Position numbers and translations under genes: made by a program. Shown here piece by piece: positions 1-12,665 of a stretch of 64,000 nt of DNA. The notes beneath the pieces were generated by a model. It was not told where the DNA came from, did no database searches, and saw only the letters and a program-made list of their open reading frames with translations. How positions within the stretch are numbered: the first letter of the stretch is position 1; every line of letters starts with the position of its first letter. Source of the stretch: Marsupella aquatica (Eukaryota > Plantae > Marchantiophyta); the NCBI GenBank assembly GCA_973895155.1, contig OZ316893.1, positions 7,712,963-7,776,962 of the forward strand, read 5' to 3'.

Positions 1-182
1 TTCCAGTGCTGCAACACATGCCACAGGCACTACTTTATTTCTTCACACATGAAAATGACACAAATTCTACTTCATATAGGCTAGCAGGAACCCAAGGAGA
101 CTGAGATACTGAAAGGACATGCCCTTTCATATCTAAAGGGTCTTGAATAAACTTAATGACGATCATCCTTGAAAAGTGAATG

Positions 183-797
183 GACACTGCTGAAAGTGTC
201 AAAAATGCAGGGGACGCTTCTCAAAGCGTCGAGGTTTGAGCGGACGCTTTGCAAAGCGTCGGTGTTTGCGGTAAAACTAATAAACAGTGATCTTAATCTA
301 ATTTTAACTTCTAAACTAAGAGGCGGAAGGAGTTGAAACTTTTCTAGGGTACTCTACTACATATAGTCTATATGCTGGCAAAGTTTCAGACTTTTCTGAG
401 ATCTCTAAGTGTCTCAAATAAATCGGCAAAAGTGGTGCAGTGTTATAAAAGTGCAAAAACTGAAAAATTTTCTAAGTGTCGGGAACATAGTGGACGCTTC
501 AGAAAGCGTCCAAACCTACAAAGGACTTTTGTGGACGCTTTAGAAAGCGTCGGCTGAATTTCGAGGTTTGGTCGCAGCGTCCGTCTTCTGGGCTCCGGGC
601 GGGACGTTTCAGTGGACGTCACAGTGTCGAGGTCACCTTCGGGGTAGCAGACGCTTCTGTGGGCGTCGCTCCTCATGTGGATTGCAAAGCGTCGGAGTAC
701 AACTGGTTGGGTGGTGGACGCTTCAGAAAGCGTCGTGGTCTTTGGGTGGACGCTTTTCAAAGCGTCCAAAAATACAAGGGACGCTTCACAAAGCGTC
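183..797. repeat. Array of 18-bp interrupted palindromes GACGCTT-N4-AAGCGTC, probably a DNA-transposon subterminal remnant
   Basis: Perfect-arm copies start at 213, 243, 493, 534, 717, 749 and 780; degenerate copies at 183, 603 and 650. They sit in two loosely duplicated blocks sharing 'aatt(t/c)taactt...gaaactt...ctactac...aaagt..agactttt'. Confidence 0.75.
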
Positions 798-3238
798 GGC
801 GAAGTCGTGGCTATGCGAAAAACAACAAAACTAAATTAATTCTAACTTTCAAACCACATGTCGGTTTGAGATGAAACTTGCAGGGATGATTCTACTACTC
901 AACTACTACCTCCTAAAAAAGTATGAGACTTTTATGACCATGATAGCTATTTAACTAAAATAGCAGAGATCGGCTGATTGTGATAATTGTATACAGAGCT
1001 CATTCTTGTTGAAAAAGTGTTTTGGAGTCCGGTTCTTGAATCTTCTAGTCTGCATTGCTTCTCCAATGATGTCCAGTCTTCTTTCTTGGTAGCATGTAAA
1101 GAGCAAGGATTTATATTGGCGATCCTTGTCCAATACAATAGCCTCCGATGAAACATAACATTAGGTTAAGTGTTCAGTTGATCTAAATTGCTACAAAAGG
1201 TAACTAGATTGTACCTTGAGTTAGAAAAAGTTTAAAATTTATAAAATTTCCATCATTTCTAACTAATGTACAGCATTACACACTTTAAAGAATCACATCT
1301 GAGTTCAGCATGATGTCTCTACTTCAAGGCCTACAAGGCAGAGACAGAATTGTACCCAAGGTTGAACACACGACTGAGAAACCTTGATTGACTTCTGGTA
1401 TTAATTATTCTACTGCCCATCTCTTGGCTAAGAGCCCTTTCACAGTATATGATTTTGACCATTTGTTCCACTAGTAGAAAACCCCCCATTTTGTGACCCA
1501 ATCGCTTAATATGACAGAGCTGACCACAATATTGCTTGCTCAATACACAGGTCGTTTTTATGTGACTCCATATGACTAGTTAGCCATGATTATTTCCAAA
1601 TAAGACACCAAAAACATATTAAAAGTTTTTGTTAAGTGGGTCCTTGAATATAAACAATTGATCATTATATGTCATCTTTTAAGTTCAAGTTACTATGCAA
1701 AGATGCAACAATTCAGGTTGAATGGAAGGATGAGTGATAGTACGCAGAATCTCAGTGATCAATAACATGTCTTTCTCATGAATTTACAGAGGTGTACCGG
1801 AGGTGCACATTATCTTAAGATACATTGAAGCCTGTCTCTTGCCTACTATTGGAGGTGAATTTCATTGTTGGCTAAAGATAAAATGAAGAGAAGATTTACT
1901 CTTGTCAACCATTGGAGGGGAAATCCATTCCACCACGATTCATTGTACTATACAATATGGAGAACCAGGGAATGGTATGCATGCAATCTTGTCCATGGAG
2001 ACGGATGGACCACATCATCAATAATTACAGATTGTGAATATCATCATGGATGCTGTGAGATATGTACTATATTGCAAGGGATAACAAGATCCTACTTGTA
2101 CTCTATGTTCTTGACAAAAATGAGTTATTTTCACAGAAATAAACCTTTCTATGGAAGGCAGTTGTGTGGTATTATGATTCATTCTGAAAAAATTGTAAAG
2201 TAGGGTAATTCATTTTTATCTCATTTGTGTTACCACATTCAATAATTTCTACAACAGACTCCACATTATTTTAATGAATTTCTCTTAGGTGATTAGTTAA
2301 AAAGTTGGAGGTTGACTGTTTTTCCTGGGATTTAAGCTCTAAAGTCATGTCATCCCTCATTAATATGCCCTTTACTGCAGATCTCATGTGCATGCAAGCT
2401 AAGAGACTATCATAGCACAATGTTTGGGACAGAGATCACATCTAAGCCCACATCTAAGCCCACAGCTCCTTAAACCTCCTCATTCTATGATACTAATGAT
2501 AAAAATAAAATGGATTGCACAATCCTACTTGGACAGTGATTAATGGACCTAACAAGACTTGTGACCAAACTTCTCGTGGTCCCGTTGTAGGCAATACATG
2601 ATCAGATACGAAACACATCTTCCCCCCAAAATGGTGTATCTATTCAAGTTACAATAATGATCACCCTAAAAACACAAGACTGACTAAATTTTGCATTTGG
2701 GCAATGAAAAAGTAGGGGAGTCCAAAACATGTTACAGAGTATCGTAATTGACATTGATCAATCAAAGTAACACTTTCTCAGGTTAAAGTACCAGTCCAAG
2801 CTAGCCCTGGGCACATACTGCACTGAAAATGTGCCTTCCGTGTCCACTTAACTTGGATCCTTACCGACCATATGAATGATCCTAGTAACAATTTTTGTCA
2901 CAACTAACCCCACTATGGTTAGAAACCAAGTGAACCCATCTAGACCCCAGAATTTAAGAATAAGTAATAGAGGAACCTGTGTCTAGTATATACATCCTCT
3001 TTTCTATACCCACTTTCAGACTCCACTTCAAGCATACTTAGGTGTATAGAAAAGTACTTTCCAGGATAAGCAAGCTCAGGAGTGTTGAGATCTGAAGAGC
3101 ATGATTAAGAGTGCTCTAATATGCACTTTTACAGTAGATTTCTCTCTGTATTTTTGCTACAGATTAGGCAGACTGTATTGGACTTCTGGGCCCATAGTCA
3201 TCTTTTTTTTTATTTCCTCTGAGATTAAGTCTAGACCA

Positions 3239-3330
3239 TATTATTATTATTATTATTATTATATATCACAGTGCCAACTGGGAGACAGGATCCCAAACAC
3301 AAAAACCCCAATTAGGGGGGGGGGGGGGGG
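3239..3330. repeat. (TTA)n microsatellite followed by a 16-nt poly-G run
   Basis: TTA repeats at about 3239-3262; G run at 3315-3330. Confidence 0.9.
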
Positions 3331-5551
3331 AGCGGAGAGGTGGACCCCAAAAGGGACATATAATTAGTACAATAACTTGGGGCCCATTCAGGTATGGTGT
3401 CTACAATCCTACATGCCACTGAGTGGGCCCAAGAACATGCTGATATAAATGGAGGGCTTATTTTAAATCACCTCTAGATGTGGGTCAAACATTTGCAAAA
3501 TTTGGATCCCTTCATTAGAGGGATTTTTGGAGCAGAGTTCATGCTAGAATCCTTTCCCAAATCTCCAGTACAGTATGTAAGTACTGTCCCATAAAAGATT
3601 ACTTTTGGGAATTAAAGAGAATATGGGAATAGCCTAAAAAATGATTGAGGTAACTTGCATTCCCAACACAAATGACTGTTTTGCGGAGGGATGAAGAGCA
3701 AAGCAAAAGTGCATGGACGCTCAATATATATGCCCAAATCCGGAGACTGGAAGCTGTGCAATTTAACAGATCTTTCAATGCAAAATCGGAAGATTGGAGG
3801 CTTTGACTGGAGTTGTCTTGAGGGAGCTGAGCCACCACACCACAGTCGAGAAGCAAGCAAGCAAGCAAGCCGGCTGACACTCAGGTTCAGGGAGAAGTCT
3901 ATGGTACGGTAGTGCCTCTTGAATGTGCCTCTTCGGAATGCACACGATGCCTTTTGATTTTGCCTACTTCCCACCCTCTCTTTCCTTTTCAATCGGCTCG
4001 GCAACTGAAATCCCAGGCTGCAATGCAGTGCAGCCTACCTGAAGAGGTCTTTCGATATGATCCTGATCGCTCTAGGTGGTGCTTAGGGTTGATCTACACA
4101 TCTGATCAACGATGTAATCCTCCTTGGAATCCTCGTTGGAGCTACGGAGGGTTTATTTGATTCATCATGAACGAGCTACGATGAATGTGTTCTGGTGAGT
4201 CTTTTAGATTTTTTTTTCATCTCTTAATTCAATGTTCACCTCCGAGAATTCCTCATAGGGACAGTGTTGTGGGTCTTGGCTACATGACCAATTTCTGAAC
4301 TTGAACACTGTCAAACGTACTGCTCAACAGTTTTGTAGGATTCTTCTATGGCAAATTTTAGGGCTCAACAACAGAAGAGGATGAAGGAGAATCATTGTAT
4401 CGTATGTCACGTGGAATAATATTCTTAGGATTGTGCCCAGGTATCAAACCACATCTCTCATTCAATTCAACCGATTATCACAGATGTTGAAGTCTAAGGC
4501 CTCGTATCAAGGATAGATTTCGGGCTTGAGTTTACTTGAAGTGCTGCACGGTAGGGATTGATGGGCGATGGTGTCACCTACACGGGCTTGGGAGACAATT
4601 AAGTCATTTGCAAACGACGAAATGACATCAGGCTTTGCATATCACTCTGCGCCCGGGCCATTTGCGAACAGCACACCGCTACCGCTTTTATCACTAATGT
4701 GTGCTATGCAGTCCTTACCATAATATTTCATACACCATCAACTTCTTCGCTAAGGAAAACAGAGTATGGATGACAACGGTCTTAAAAGTAGGATCGAACG
4801 AGTTTCTGCAAACTTTCACAACATTGTTTTTGGCGCCGATCATCATCATCAAAATGTGGTCGGCAATCCATTCTCGTGACAAATTGATTTCATTTTGAAT
4901 CGGGAATAGGCAATTATGGTTCGTCCACTTTCTTCTCTGTCTCCTACTGGAATTTCTCCTTTTGATGATTACCCACAAAGTATTCACTGTTTGCTGTTCT
5001 CGGAATTGACGAAGGAAAGACCCTTTGAATCTCAATTTGCAAACCTTTCATACTAGAGTCGGTGCTAGCTGGGATTGGGGCTAGGGGGTTGTCTGTTGAA
5101 TTGCATCGAATGAGATGTAAATAGGAGCTCATTACAAGTGTATCTTACAATGTGGTGGAAATATGTTCTTCTGGAAAGTGAAGGCACTTCACTCGGGGGA
5201 GATGCAACAATTGAAATAGCGACCGGCGCGACAAAGACAAGACTCATTAGCAACTCCTCCCAATTGAAGCTGAACATAATTTCCCAGAATAAGCACAGAA
5301 TAAAGCCCAGCTTCAGGGGCTCAAATTAGCTTGCTTGCTGTAGGACACAACTTTTTGTTTTGGAACTCTGCCCCCTAGGAATTGAATGAGACCTGTTGGG
5401 ATTCATCAATCTTAGGTGTCCAGGAACCCAGAGTTTACCCGTATATCCCCCTACCTCTGGTGGAACTTTGAACGCCTGGCGTTGATTACAGGAGCACATA
5501 CAAGGCGGAAATAAGACCTGCCAAGTACTGTAGGAAACTGGTGAGGAAGGC

Positions 5552-6061
5552 ATGGCAGACAGCCCATCAGATGCTGGAGCATCAAGAACTCCCCATCGGA
5601 GTCCCCATCGAAGTCCCCGGGAACACAACGACCTTGACGACGAGATATTGAAAGGAGCAGCATGGGCACCACCGTGGACTGAACATGAACTGCATTCCAG
5701 AGAAGTTTATGCAAGATCCAAAACGCCTTCTCCTCCCTGTGGGAAGTACAAAAGAGACGCCGTCCTCGACGAAACCAACCCTGCGGTGGTGAAGAAACGG
5801 GAGGAGGATTCGAGAAAATCCCTCGAAGAGTCTAAGAAAAGACACCAGCACCAGGGCATAGTCATGCAGCGAGCTCGGGAGTTCGAGCGGAAGTCCCACG
5901 AGGAGTGTGAAAAATATTCCAAACAATTGACTGAATACAAGGGCAGGATGAAAAAGCGAGAGGATGAGTCGAAGCCTCCTTTTAGAAACAGAGCAGAGCA
6001 GATTACAGCACTGGGGCTAAACAAAAAGCCGCCGTCCAGACCCGAAAGCCCTCAGAAATAA
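5552..6061 (+). CDS. Hypothetical charged/coiled-coil ORF, possibly a fragment of a decayed gene
   Basis: 169-aa ATG-initiated ORF with a Ser/Pro/Arg N-terminus and a Glu/Lys helix. The same frame continues past the TAA with further stops. No recognisable domain. Confidence 0.3.
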   Translation: MADSPSDAGASRTPHRSPHRSPREHNDLDDEILKGAAWAPPWTEHELHSREVYARSKTPSPPCGKYKRDAVLDETNPAVVKKREEDSRKSLEESKKRHQHQGIVMQRAREFERKSHEECEKYSKQLTEYKGRMKKREDESKPPFRNRAEQITALGLNKKPPSRPESPQK

Positions 6062-7009
6062 CCGACCTTTGGAGTCCGAGGCAAACATCAGCTAAAGAAC
6101 CCAACTGAGAAAGAGACCTTTATAAATGGCCTGATGGAAGCTAGGACGAGCAGCCCATTTTCGAGGACTCCTATGCACCGTGATGATCCCCCATAAATAC
6201 CAAATTGAATTATCCGTGCACGAAGCTCATGGGACTTGAGATTGTGCTGTAGTAATCTGAGCCCTAGTCGCAAGAAAATTGGGCAGCATGTGATTCAACC
6301 TCGACCTGCAGGAAAGTATGGGGCCTGAAGATGACGAGATGCTTACATAAGCTTTACAAGCGAGTAAGACATGGGGCTCGAGAAGGAATTTCAATTCGAG
6401 CTCCATACGCAAAGGAATCCATGAACATTGACATGGTGAATTCTAGTCTTTTTAGCTGTGCAAGCACGAGCCTACCTAAAAAAGGGCCTTCGGATCATGT
6501 GATTCGAAACCTCATTGGCCAGAGGATGGTAAGACTTCTTCGCCGTCAGATGTACAAAGACACTTGAAACAAAATGAAATTGGAATCAGGACACATTATG
6601 CTACCTGGTAGGATAGACTACGAATTCAGCCCAATTGCAAGAGCTCCTCTGTTATGACGCAGATTATGCGGTCATTGAAGTGATGGCCAAGCCGATGCCC
6701 ACATTTTAAAGCAATGGTATGAAGCCTCAATTAATCTATGGATTCTAATGCTCCAAAGTGGCGAGACGATAACGCAAACGTCATTCCTCCATAGAAGGTT
6801 ATCGAATCAATTAGTGGACGCAGTTTTATGAATAAATTCTGCTCACGGTTTCATCTTGGTGCAATCCATCTTCCGACATTGAACAGCAGTTAATGCTGTA
6901 TGTAATGATTTGACAGTTCCGCTACAGAGCTGGTCAATGCATATTTATACTCAATGCTTGAGATGGTAGGTATGGATACTAAGTCCAGTCCTGCAAGCGT
7001 GATTAAGAC

Positions 7010-7159
7010 GTTTGCAAACACTAGCTTGCTGAGAAATTGGTGTAATAAGTTTGGAAACACTAGCTTGCTGAGAAATTGGTGCAACAAGTTTGGAAACACT
7101 AGCTTGCTGAGAAATTGGTGCAACAAGTTTGGAAACACTAGCTTGCTGAGAAATTGGTG
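7010..7159. repeat. 39-bp minisatellite, about 3.8 copies
   Basis: Unit GTTTGGAAACACTAGCTTGCTGAGAAATTGGTGCAACAA repeated head-to-tail with no spacers. Confidence 0.95.
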
Positions 7160-10031
7160 ATGTCGAATCTCATGATGATGGTCAGTTGTGACTTTCAAGG
7201 TAAGAAGTCCTTTCGACTTTGTGATGAACAAATAAATATGTTAGAGATAGAAACACGACCAGCGTCAATTGAAGTAACATTTTTATACACCCAGTTATCG
7301 GCACTGAAGAAGTATTCTTCAGCAGGAATTTTCTTTACTGGCATGACTATCTGTTCTCACGCAAATAGAGGTGAAGACAAAAACACTTTGCAAAAAACAA
7401 TTTCTCTGTTATTCACCTTCATCGATACTTGCTCCCAACCCCTCCCAACCCCTGTTTTTTTACCTGCACCCTCACTTTCAGTTAAGCCCCACAGTCAGTG
7501 TCTAGAGGCTTTAGTCTAACAATAGGCCCTGCGTCTAACAATAGGCCCTGAGAGTAACTTTCCATTGCCAATAGATGCTTATAGATATAGAGACTTTCCA
7601 TCACGATAGATATATATTCTATGAATAGATAGATTCTATAGTATTGATGAAACAGGCTTTACAAGTAGCTTTCCGTTGACATTATATATTATAGACAGAT
7701 TCTATAGTATTGAAGTTATCCTTCAGCATGACGGCTTGAGAACGGATCTCCATTACCATGGCCTTCATCTCGGTTTCTCTCATTGCTAAAATCATTACGG
7801 CAGCCACTCGATATTCGGAACAAAGCTGTGCACAACTGCACAACGTCTAAACTTAAGCATTAGTTCCCTTGCCATTTGTTTAAACTTCTTGGTTTTGGCT
7901 ACTTCCTTTTGAATCTTCTCGGTTCTGTCTCTTCCTTAGCTTTGGATCAATGGAACTTTTTTAGCATAAATTCTATTTATAGATGTTGTTGAGTACTTCG
8001 TGCTTGTTTTTTTAATCTTCTTTGCTGACGACAGAAGCCGGAGTGAGTGCCTGCTGTCGTCTGGTTCGAGGACGCTCTTGTACATGAAAAAACATCGGTA
8101 CTCGATGTAGTTAACGACATGGTTTCTGGATGTGCAATTACTCCATTCCCATACACTGTTGTCCCTTTTGGCACATCGATGAACTCTCAAGGCCCAATTA
8201 CGCGGATGTAGTACTTTCTTGCCCACTCGAAATTGGTGGTACGTGCTTCCTGAGGAAAGTTTGCCGTTCGAATCAAAAAACAATTGGTGGCACGTCATGA
8301 TGCAAAGCACAAAGATTGAGCTATTGTGCTCTCGCACAACTTTCGGTTCCAGTTTGGCTGTGATGCTACAGAGTGTGAAAGACAAGGAAGGTGGGTGTCC
8401 AGTTTATTAAAGTGCTGCTTCCCTTTTCTTGTCTTTTATTCAAATTTCGCTTATCTCGAAAAAGAGCGTATGGATCTCATCCAGTGCGAGAGCTTTCCTT
8501 TCTAAGTACTTAATCAGTGGTCTCTTTGACTGTCTTCTGGATCTCACTCTTCCCGCTCACAGAAGCAAAAGTGTCGTCCAAATAGCAGGATTTCGATTGT
8601 CATGCGAACTTGGAAACCAAGTAAACTCTACCACCCTCCAAATGGGAGCGCCTTGTCGGCGCACCGGGTGCTGAATTGGAGAGCATTGGTCGACTGATTT
8701 TCCCCTACCTCCCTCGCTCCCTCTTTTGCTGGCCCGTGGATCTCGTTGTACGTAACTGTATCATCTTTTCCTTGTCCCCTTCTAGGAATCGGAGGGTCAC
8801 TAAAAATTTCATTCATTGCGCTCAGTACCGTACTGTCTCTGAAGTCCTCGAGGTCAACATAATATAAACAATTCCAAATCGGATTCCAGAAGTTTCGAGG
8901 TGGAGATGCGGTCCTTGTCTTTGTCTACCACTGTGCATCAAGAACGAAACGATAAAACTAAATCATCGGTCTTGTCAGGGTGACAAGCAATCGTCAGTGT
9001 CCACACCGCACTACTCTGGGCCGCTTATCTGATTGGGGGGGACTCAGTGCAAGCTTTGAAGAAGAAACTTGGGACAGCAGACAACTTTCCTATCAGTGTG
9101 AGTGAGTTATCTCAAATCCGCGTTTCAGTCTCGTCTACTTTGATGAGTGGCCGGCCTCGATTAGACTCCGCACTTGCTACGGTTTTCACGAGGCAGAGGG
9201 CTCAAGCTTTGGATTTCTTTTCGATTGCTGGGCGGACAAGTGGTTGAAGGGTTTTCCGTGATACTTCTTGTGCCTGCAAGGTGTTTTTTTCCACCGGTCG
9301 TTCTTCCCTCGTTCATTGATCGGCTGGGCTAGATGGCCATCACTTGACTTTCATACTATTCATCCGGCGAAGTGTTTCTAGCTCCAGCTCGGGGCGTTCG
9401 TCCTCAACTTTGTGCCACTTTGGATCATTTGGACCTGACTTGGGCCAACTTGAGTAAGTCATCATGTTGCTTGAGCTTGAACGAGTGGATAATACATGTT
9501 GGATTTCCGTTGCAGGGGTGGAATTTCAATCGTCGTTTGATAAAGGGGAGCTTGAGTGTTGAAGACCTGATCAGAACACCGACACCGGCTCGTTGCGAGA
9601 ATAACTTAGCATGCAATACCAAGACCAAGACTGCTCTGCCCAGCCGCTCCTTACCGAATAAGTCAACACAATCATCTGAAGTTCTCTTGCATCGCTGAGG
9701 TTCCACTTTTTCTGAGACAGTCTTCATTTCTTTCTTTCTGTTGCTGATACTCATTCCCTCTTTGTTTTCCCCGTCGTGTTAGCGTTGTTGTACTGTGTCC
9801 GTTGTACCGTACCGGAATAGGTGAACTTTGAAGTTCATTATTCATTCGTCCGTTCATTACATGGTCACGCGTTTGTTAAGGTTCTATCTCCAGATCGACC
9901 CACAACCGGGTTTATCTCCCCTTGTTATTTCCTATCTCAAAGATTTCATTTTTGAAGACTCTCCACTCCACTTTTCAATGCGATAGCACTCAAGTGGGAC
10001 GGAGGTAGTTTGAGACACAAAGGGCGACTCC

Positions 10032-12665
10032 ATGGCTAAAGCTGCTGGAACCGGCCGGATCAACTTGCCTCAATTTGGCAGTCCATCTGGAAGCTTCAAA
10101 GCAGCCGGTAGGAATGGAACCCATGAGGAAGTGACCAAAAACCTGGCCAACCAGCTGAAACTGGACAGCGGCGATGGCAGTGAGCCTACACCCCCATCCA
10201 GAGTTTCTTGGGCAAGTCAGATGAACGAAGAGCGCGAGGTGACAGGTGGAAAGCCTAATGATGCAGCGACCAAATCCAACAACAAGAAGAAGAAGAACAA
10301 GAAGAAAGGCAAAGAGGGCTCCACTGTGGAGGATATCCGCTTGTCTGCGTGTGCCGATCAGGATTCGGAAGAAGGGCTCAGGTCTCAGTCCGTGGAGAAG
10401 GCAGTCGAGGCCGGCATGGATAAAATGGCAACGCAACCACACTCAGGAATTGGATTCCCTCCTGGATCGTCGTGGCAAGTTGCAGCCTCTGGTTGGGACG
10501 ATCCTCCTCAAGTTGACGTTGTTGATGACTCAGGTTGGCATGTATCCGGTGGGGAATCTAATGTCTCTGCTGCCTACGCTTCGACTGGAAATTGGGATAA
10601 GCCGGGTGCCAATCGTGGCTTGGAGTGGGATTGCGGCTGGGAAGTGGCTGGCTCTCGTCGAGGAAAGAAGAAAGGGGAGGACTTTCCCGGTAAATCACCT
10701 GGAGGACCGAATGCAGGTCAGCAGAAGGCGAAGGGTGCAGGACGGGGTTTCCAGCCCAACAACTCTGCTGATTACGTGCAAAGAGGTGCCAAACAACGTC
10801 CCAATGAATGGGAGAATGTCACCACAGGTAGAGGTGGTGGTCGGTCCCCTGGCCATGGGTTCCAGGAGAAAGGTGGTGGATGGCCAAGGAATCCACCTGG
10901 ACCGAGCAACTTTGGGGCAGCCCGGCAGCCTCCCGCTCAATCCAGTTGGGGGAAGCCCGTGCATAAATTCACCAACAAGTCATCAACTTGGGGGTCTGCT
11001 GGATCTGCGCACGCTACTAACAGTGCCAACGGTGGCAGTTCCGCAAATTCTGTGAGCAGCTTTGGAAACCACCCTGCATCTGACTCGACTTCAGGGGTGC
11101 AAAGTCTCAGTGGTCTGTCAATTGATGCTTGGAAGGGAGGATTTCCTGCGTTTTCTGGGAATGGATCTTCCGTATTTGAGGACTCACCAGCCAGTCTCTA
11201 CTCGGATAGCCAGTTTTCAGATGATGATTTTGACAGTGATACTATGAGTCTTGGCTCACTTGAGTCCGAAGAAAGCCACAAGAGTCATTCGACACAGAGA
11301 AAGAACAAATGGTTTCGGAACTTCTTCCAGGATCTTGATCTCTTGACTGAGGAGCAGCTTCATGAACACGACCGCCAATGGCACTGTCCTGCCTGTCAAG
11401 GTGGGGTTGGTGCCATTGATTGGTACCGTGGATTGCAGCCCCTTCTTGCTCATGCAAAGACTGTTCGATCCAAACGTGTGAAGCTGCATAAATCTTTTGC
11501 AGAGGTTCTGGAGGAGGAGATCAGAATTCGAGGAGCAGCACTTGGGACTCATGGCAGTGGCAAATATGGGAAATGGCGAGGACTGGGAGATGACAATGAA
11601 AGCAAACAAATTGTGTGGCCTCCTATGGTAGTTATTCGTAATACCCAGTTGGAACAGGATGAGGACGACAAGTGGATTGGAATGGGTAACAAGGAGCTCC
11701 TGGATCTCTTCAAGAAGCACAACCCTGTGAAGGCTCGACATGCGTATGGTCCACAAGGGCATCGGGGTATAAGCGTTCTGATTTTTTCAGAGTCCCCTAC
11801 AGGCTACTATAATGCCCAGGGTCTTGAGACACAGTTTGCTGGAGCTCGCAGGGGAAAGGATAATTGGAATGCAGCCGGAAAACTGTTGTTCCAGCCTGGA
11901 GGTGATCGAATTCTCTACGGGTATCTGGCAACAGCAGATGATTTGGAGACATTCAACAAGCATAGCAAGGGGAAACAAAAGTTGAAATGGGAGTTGAAGA
12001 GCTTCCAGGAGATGGTGTTATCTCCGATGCGGAAATTGGATGAAGAAAACATGAAGGTTACGATTCTGCAGGTAAAGGTCCAACGGGAGCAGGAGACCAG
12101 CAGGGCTCTGAAGAAGACCATGTCTCAGATAAGTAAGCAGCTGGAGTTGCGAGATGAGGAGCTCATCATCATCAGGAGCAGAGCCAGAGAACAGCGTCAA
12201 CAGCAAGAGATCGAGTTAAATGATATGGAGGATTTGTATAAGGAGAAGATTGAGCAGCTCAAAAAGGAGATTCTCGAGAAAGAGATTGCCCTTGAGAGAG
12301 TTCATAAGGAATATGAGCAGGAACATGTGGAGCAGTGTGAGAAGTTGGAAGAACAGGTATCCAAAATACCCAAAGATCAAAATCTCAGTGATGAGCAGCA
12401 ACAGCAGCAGACCTTAGTGGTGGAGGAAATTGCAAGGCACTCGCAGCTTGTTGAAATGTGCATCAAGAACCAGGAGCAGTGGGAATCAAGGAAGGCTGAG
12501 CTACTGAAAGAGCATCACCAGAAAACGATGGAGTTCAAGGCACGGCAGTGGGAGGAACGAATCAAGTTTGAACAGAAACTTGAGCAGGAAAGAGTGGAAG
12601 CAATGGAAACTTTCAACTTTCCCACCAAGGTTCAAACGTTGTCCCCTGGCAATAGCGAGTCTTGA
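10032..12665 (+). CDS. SGS3: SUPPRESSOR OF GENE SILENCING 3 (zf-XS + XS + C-terminal coiled coil), single-exon CDS, 877 aa
   Basis: zf-XS motif RQWHCPACQGGVGAIDWYRGLQPLLAHAKT; XS domain IVWPPMVVIRNTQLEQDEDDKWIGMGNKELL...ARHAYGPQGHRGISVLIF; upstream KSHSTQRKNKWFRNFF; long Glu/Gln/Lys coiled coil; Gly/Ser/Asn-rich low-complexity N-terminus. Confidence 0.95.
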   Translation: MAKAAGTGRINLPQFGSPSGSFKAAGRNGTHEEVTKNLANQLKLDSGDGSEPTPPSRVSWASQMNEEREVTGGKPNDAATKSNNKKKKNKKKGKEGSTVEDIRLSACADQDSEEGLRSQSVEKAVEAGMDKMATQPHSGIGFPPGSSWQVAASGWDDPPQVDVVDDSGWHVSGGESNVSAAYASTGNWDKPGANRGLEWDCGWEVAGSRRGKKKGEDFPGKSPGGPNAGQQKAKGAGRGFQPNNSADYVQRGAKQRPNEWENVTTGRGGGRSPGHGFQEKGGGWPRNPPGPSNFGAARQPPAQSSWGKPVHKFTNKSSTWGSAGSAHATNSANGGSSANSVSSFGNHPASDSTSGVQSLSGLSIDAWKGGFPAFSGNGSSVFEDSPASLYSDSQFSDDDFDSDTMSLGSLESEESHKSHSTQRKNKWFRNFFQDLDLLTEEQLHEHDRQWHCPACQGGVGAIDWYRGLQPLLAHAKTVRSKRVKLHKSFAEVLEEEIRIRGAALGTHGSGKYGKWRGLGDDNESKQIVWPPMVVIRNTQLEQDEDDKWIGMGNKELLDLFKKHNPVKARHAYGPQGHRGISVLIFSESPTGYYNAQGLETQFAGARRGKDNWNAAGKLLFQPGGDRILYGYLATADDLETFNKHSKGKQKLKWELKSFQEMVLSPMRKLDEENMKVTILQVKVQREQETSRALKKTMSQISKQLELRDEELIIIRSRAREQRQQQEIELNDMEDLYKEKIEQLKKEILEKEIALERVHKEYEQEHVEQCEKLEEQVSKIPKDQNLSDEQQQQQTLVVEEIARHSQLVEMCIKNQEQWESRKAELLKEHHQKTMEFKARQWEERIKFEQKLEQERVEAMETFNFPTKVQTLSPGNSES

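Noticed and set aside
3267-3273. CACAGTG, resembling a Transib/RSS heptamer terminus
   Set aside because: A single 7-mer with no matching inverted end or transposase nearby; expected by chance.
7010-7159. CRISPR-like appearance of the 39-bp repeat (also the 63- and 73-bp arrays)
   Set aside because: Units are head-to-tail with no unique spacers, there are no cas genes, and the context is eukaryotic.
7936-8867. Possible gene divergent from SGS3
   Set aside because: Only short ORFs with no domain or consistent splice pattern that I could support.
9990-12417. Alternative-frame and antisense ORFs overlapping SGS3, such as 10246-11055
   Set aside because: Shadow ORFs of a GC-rich coding region with no recognisable motifs.
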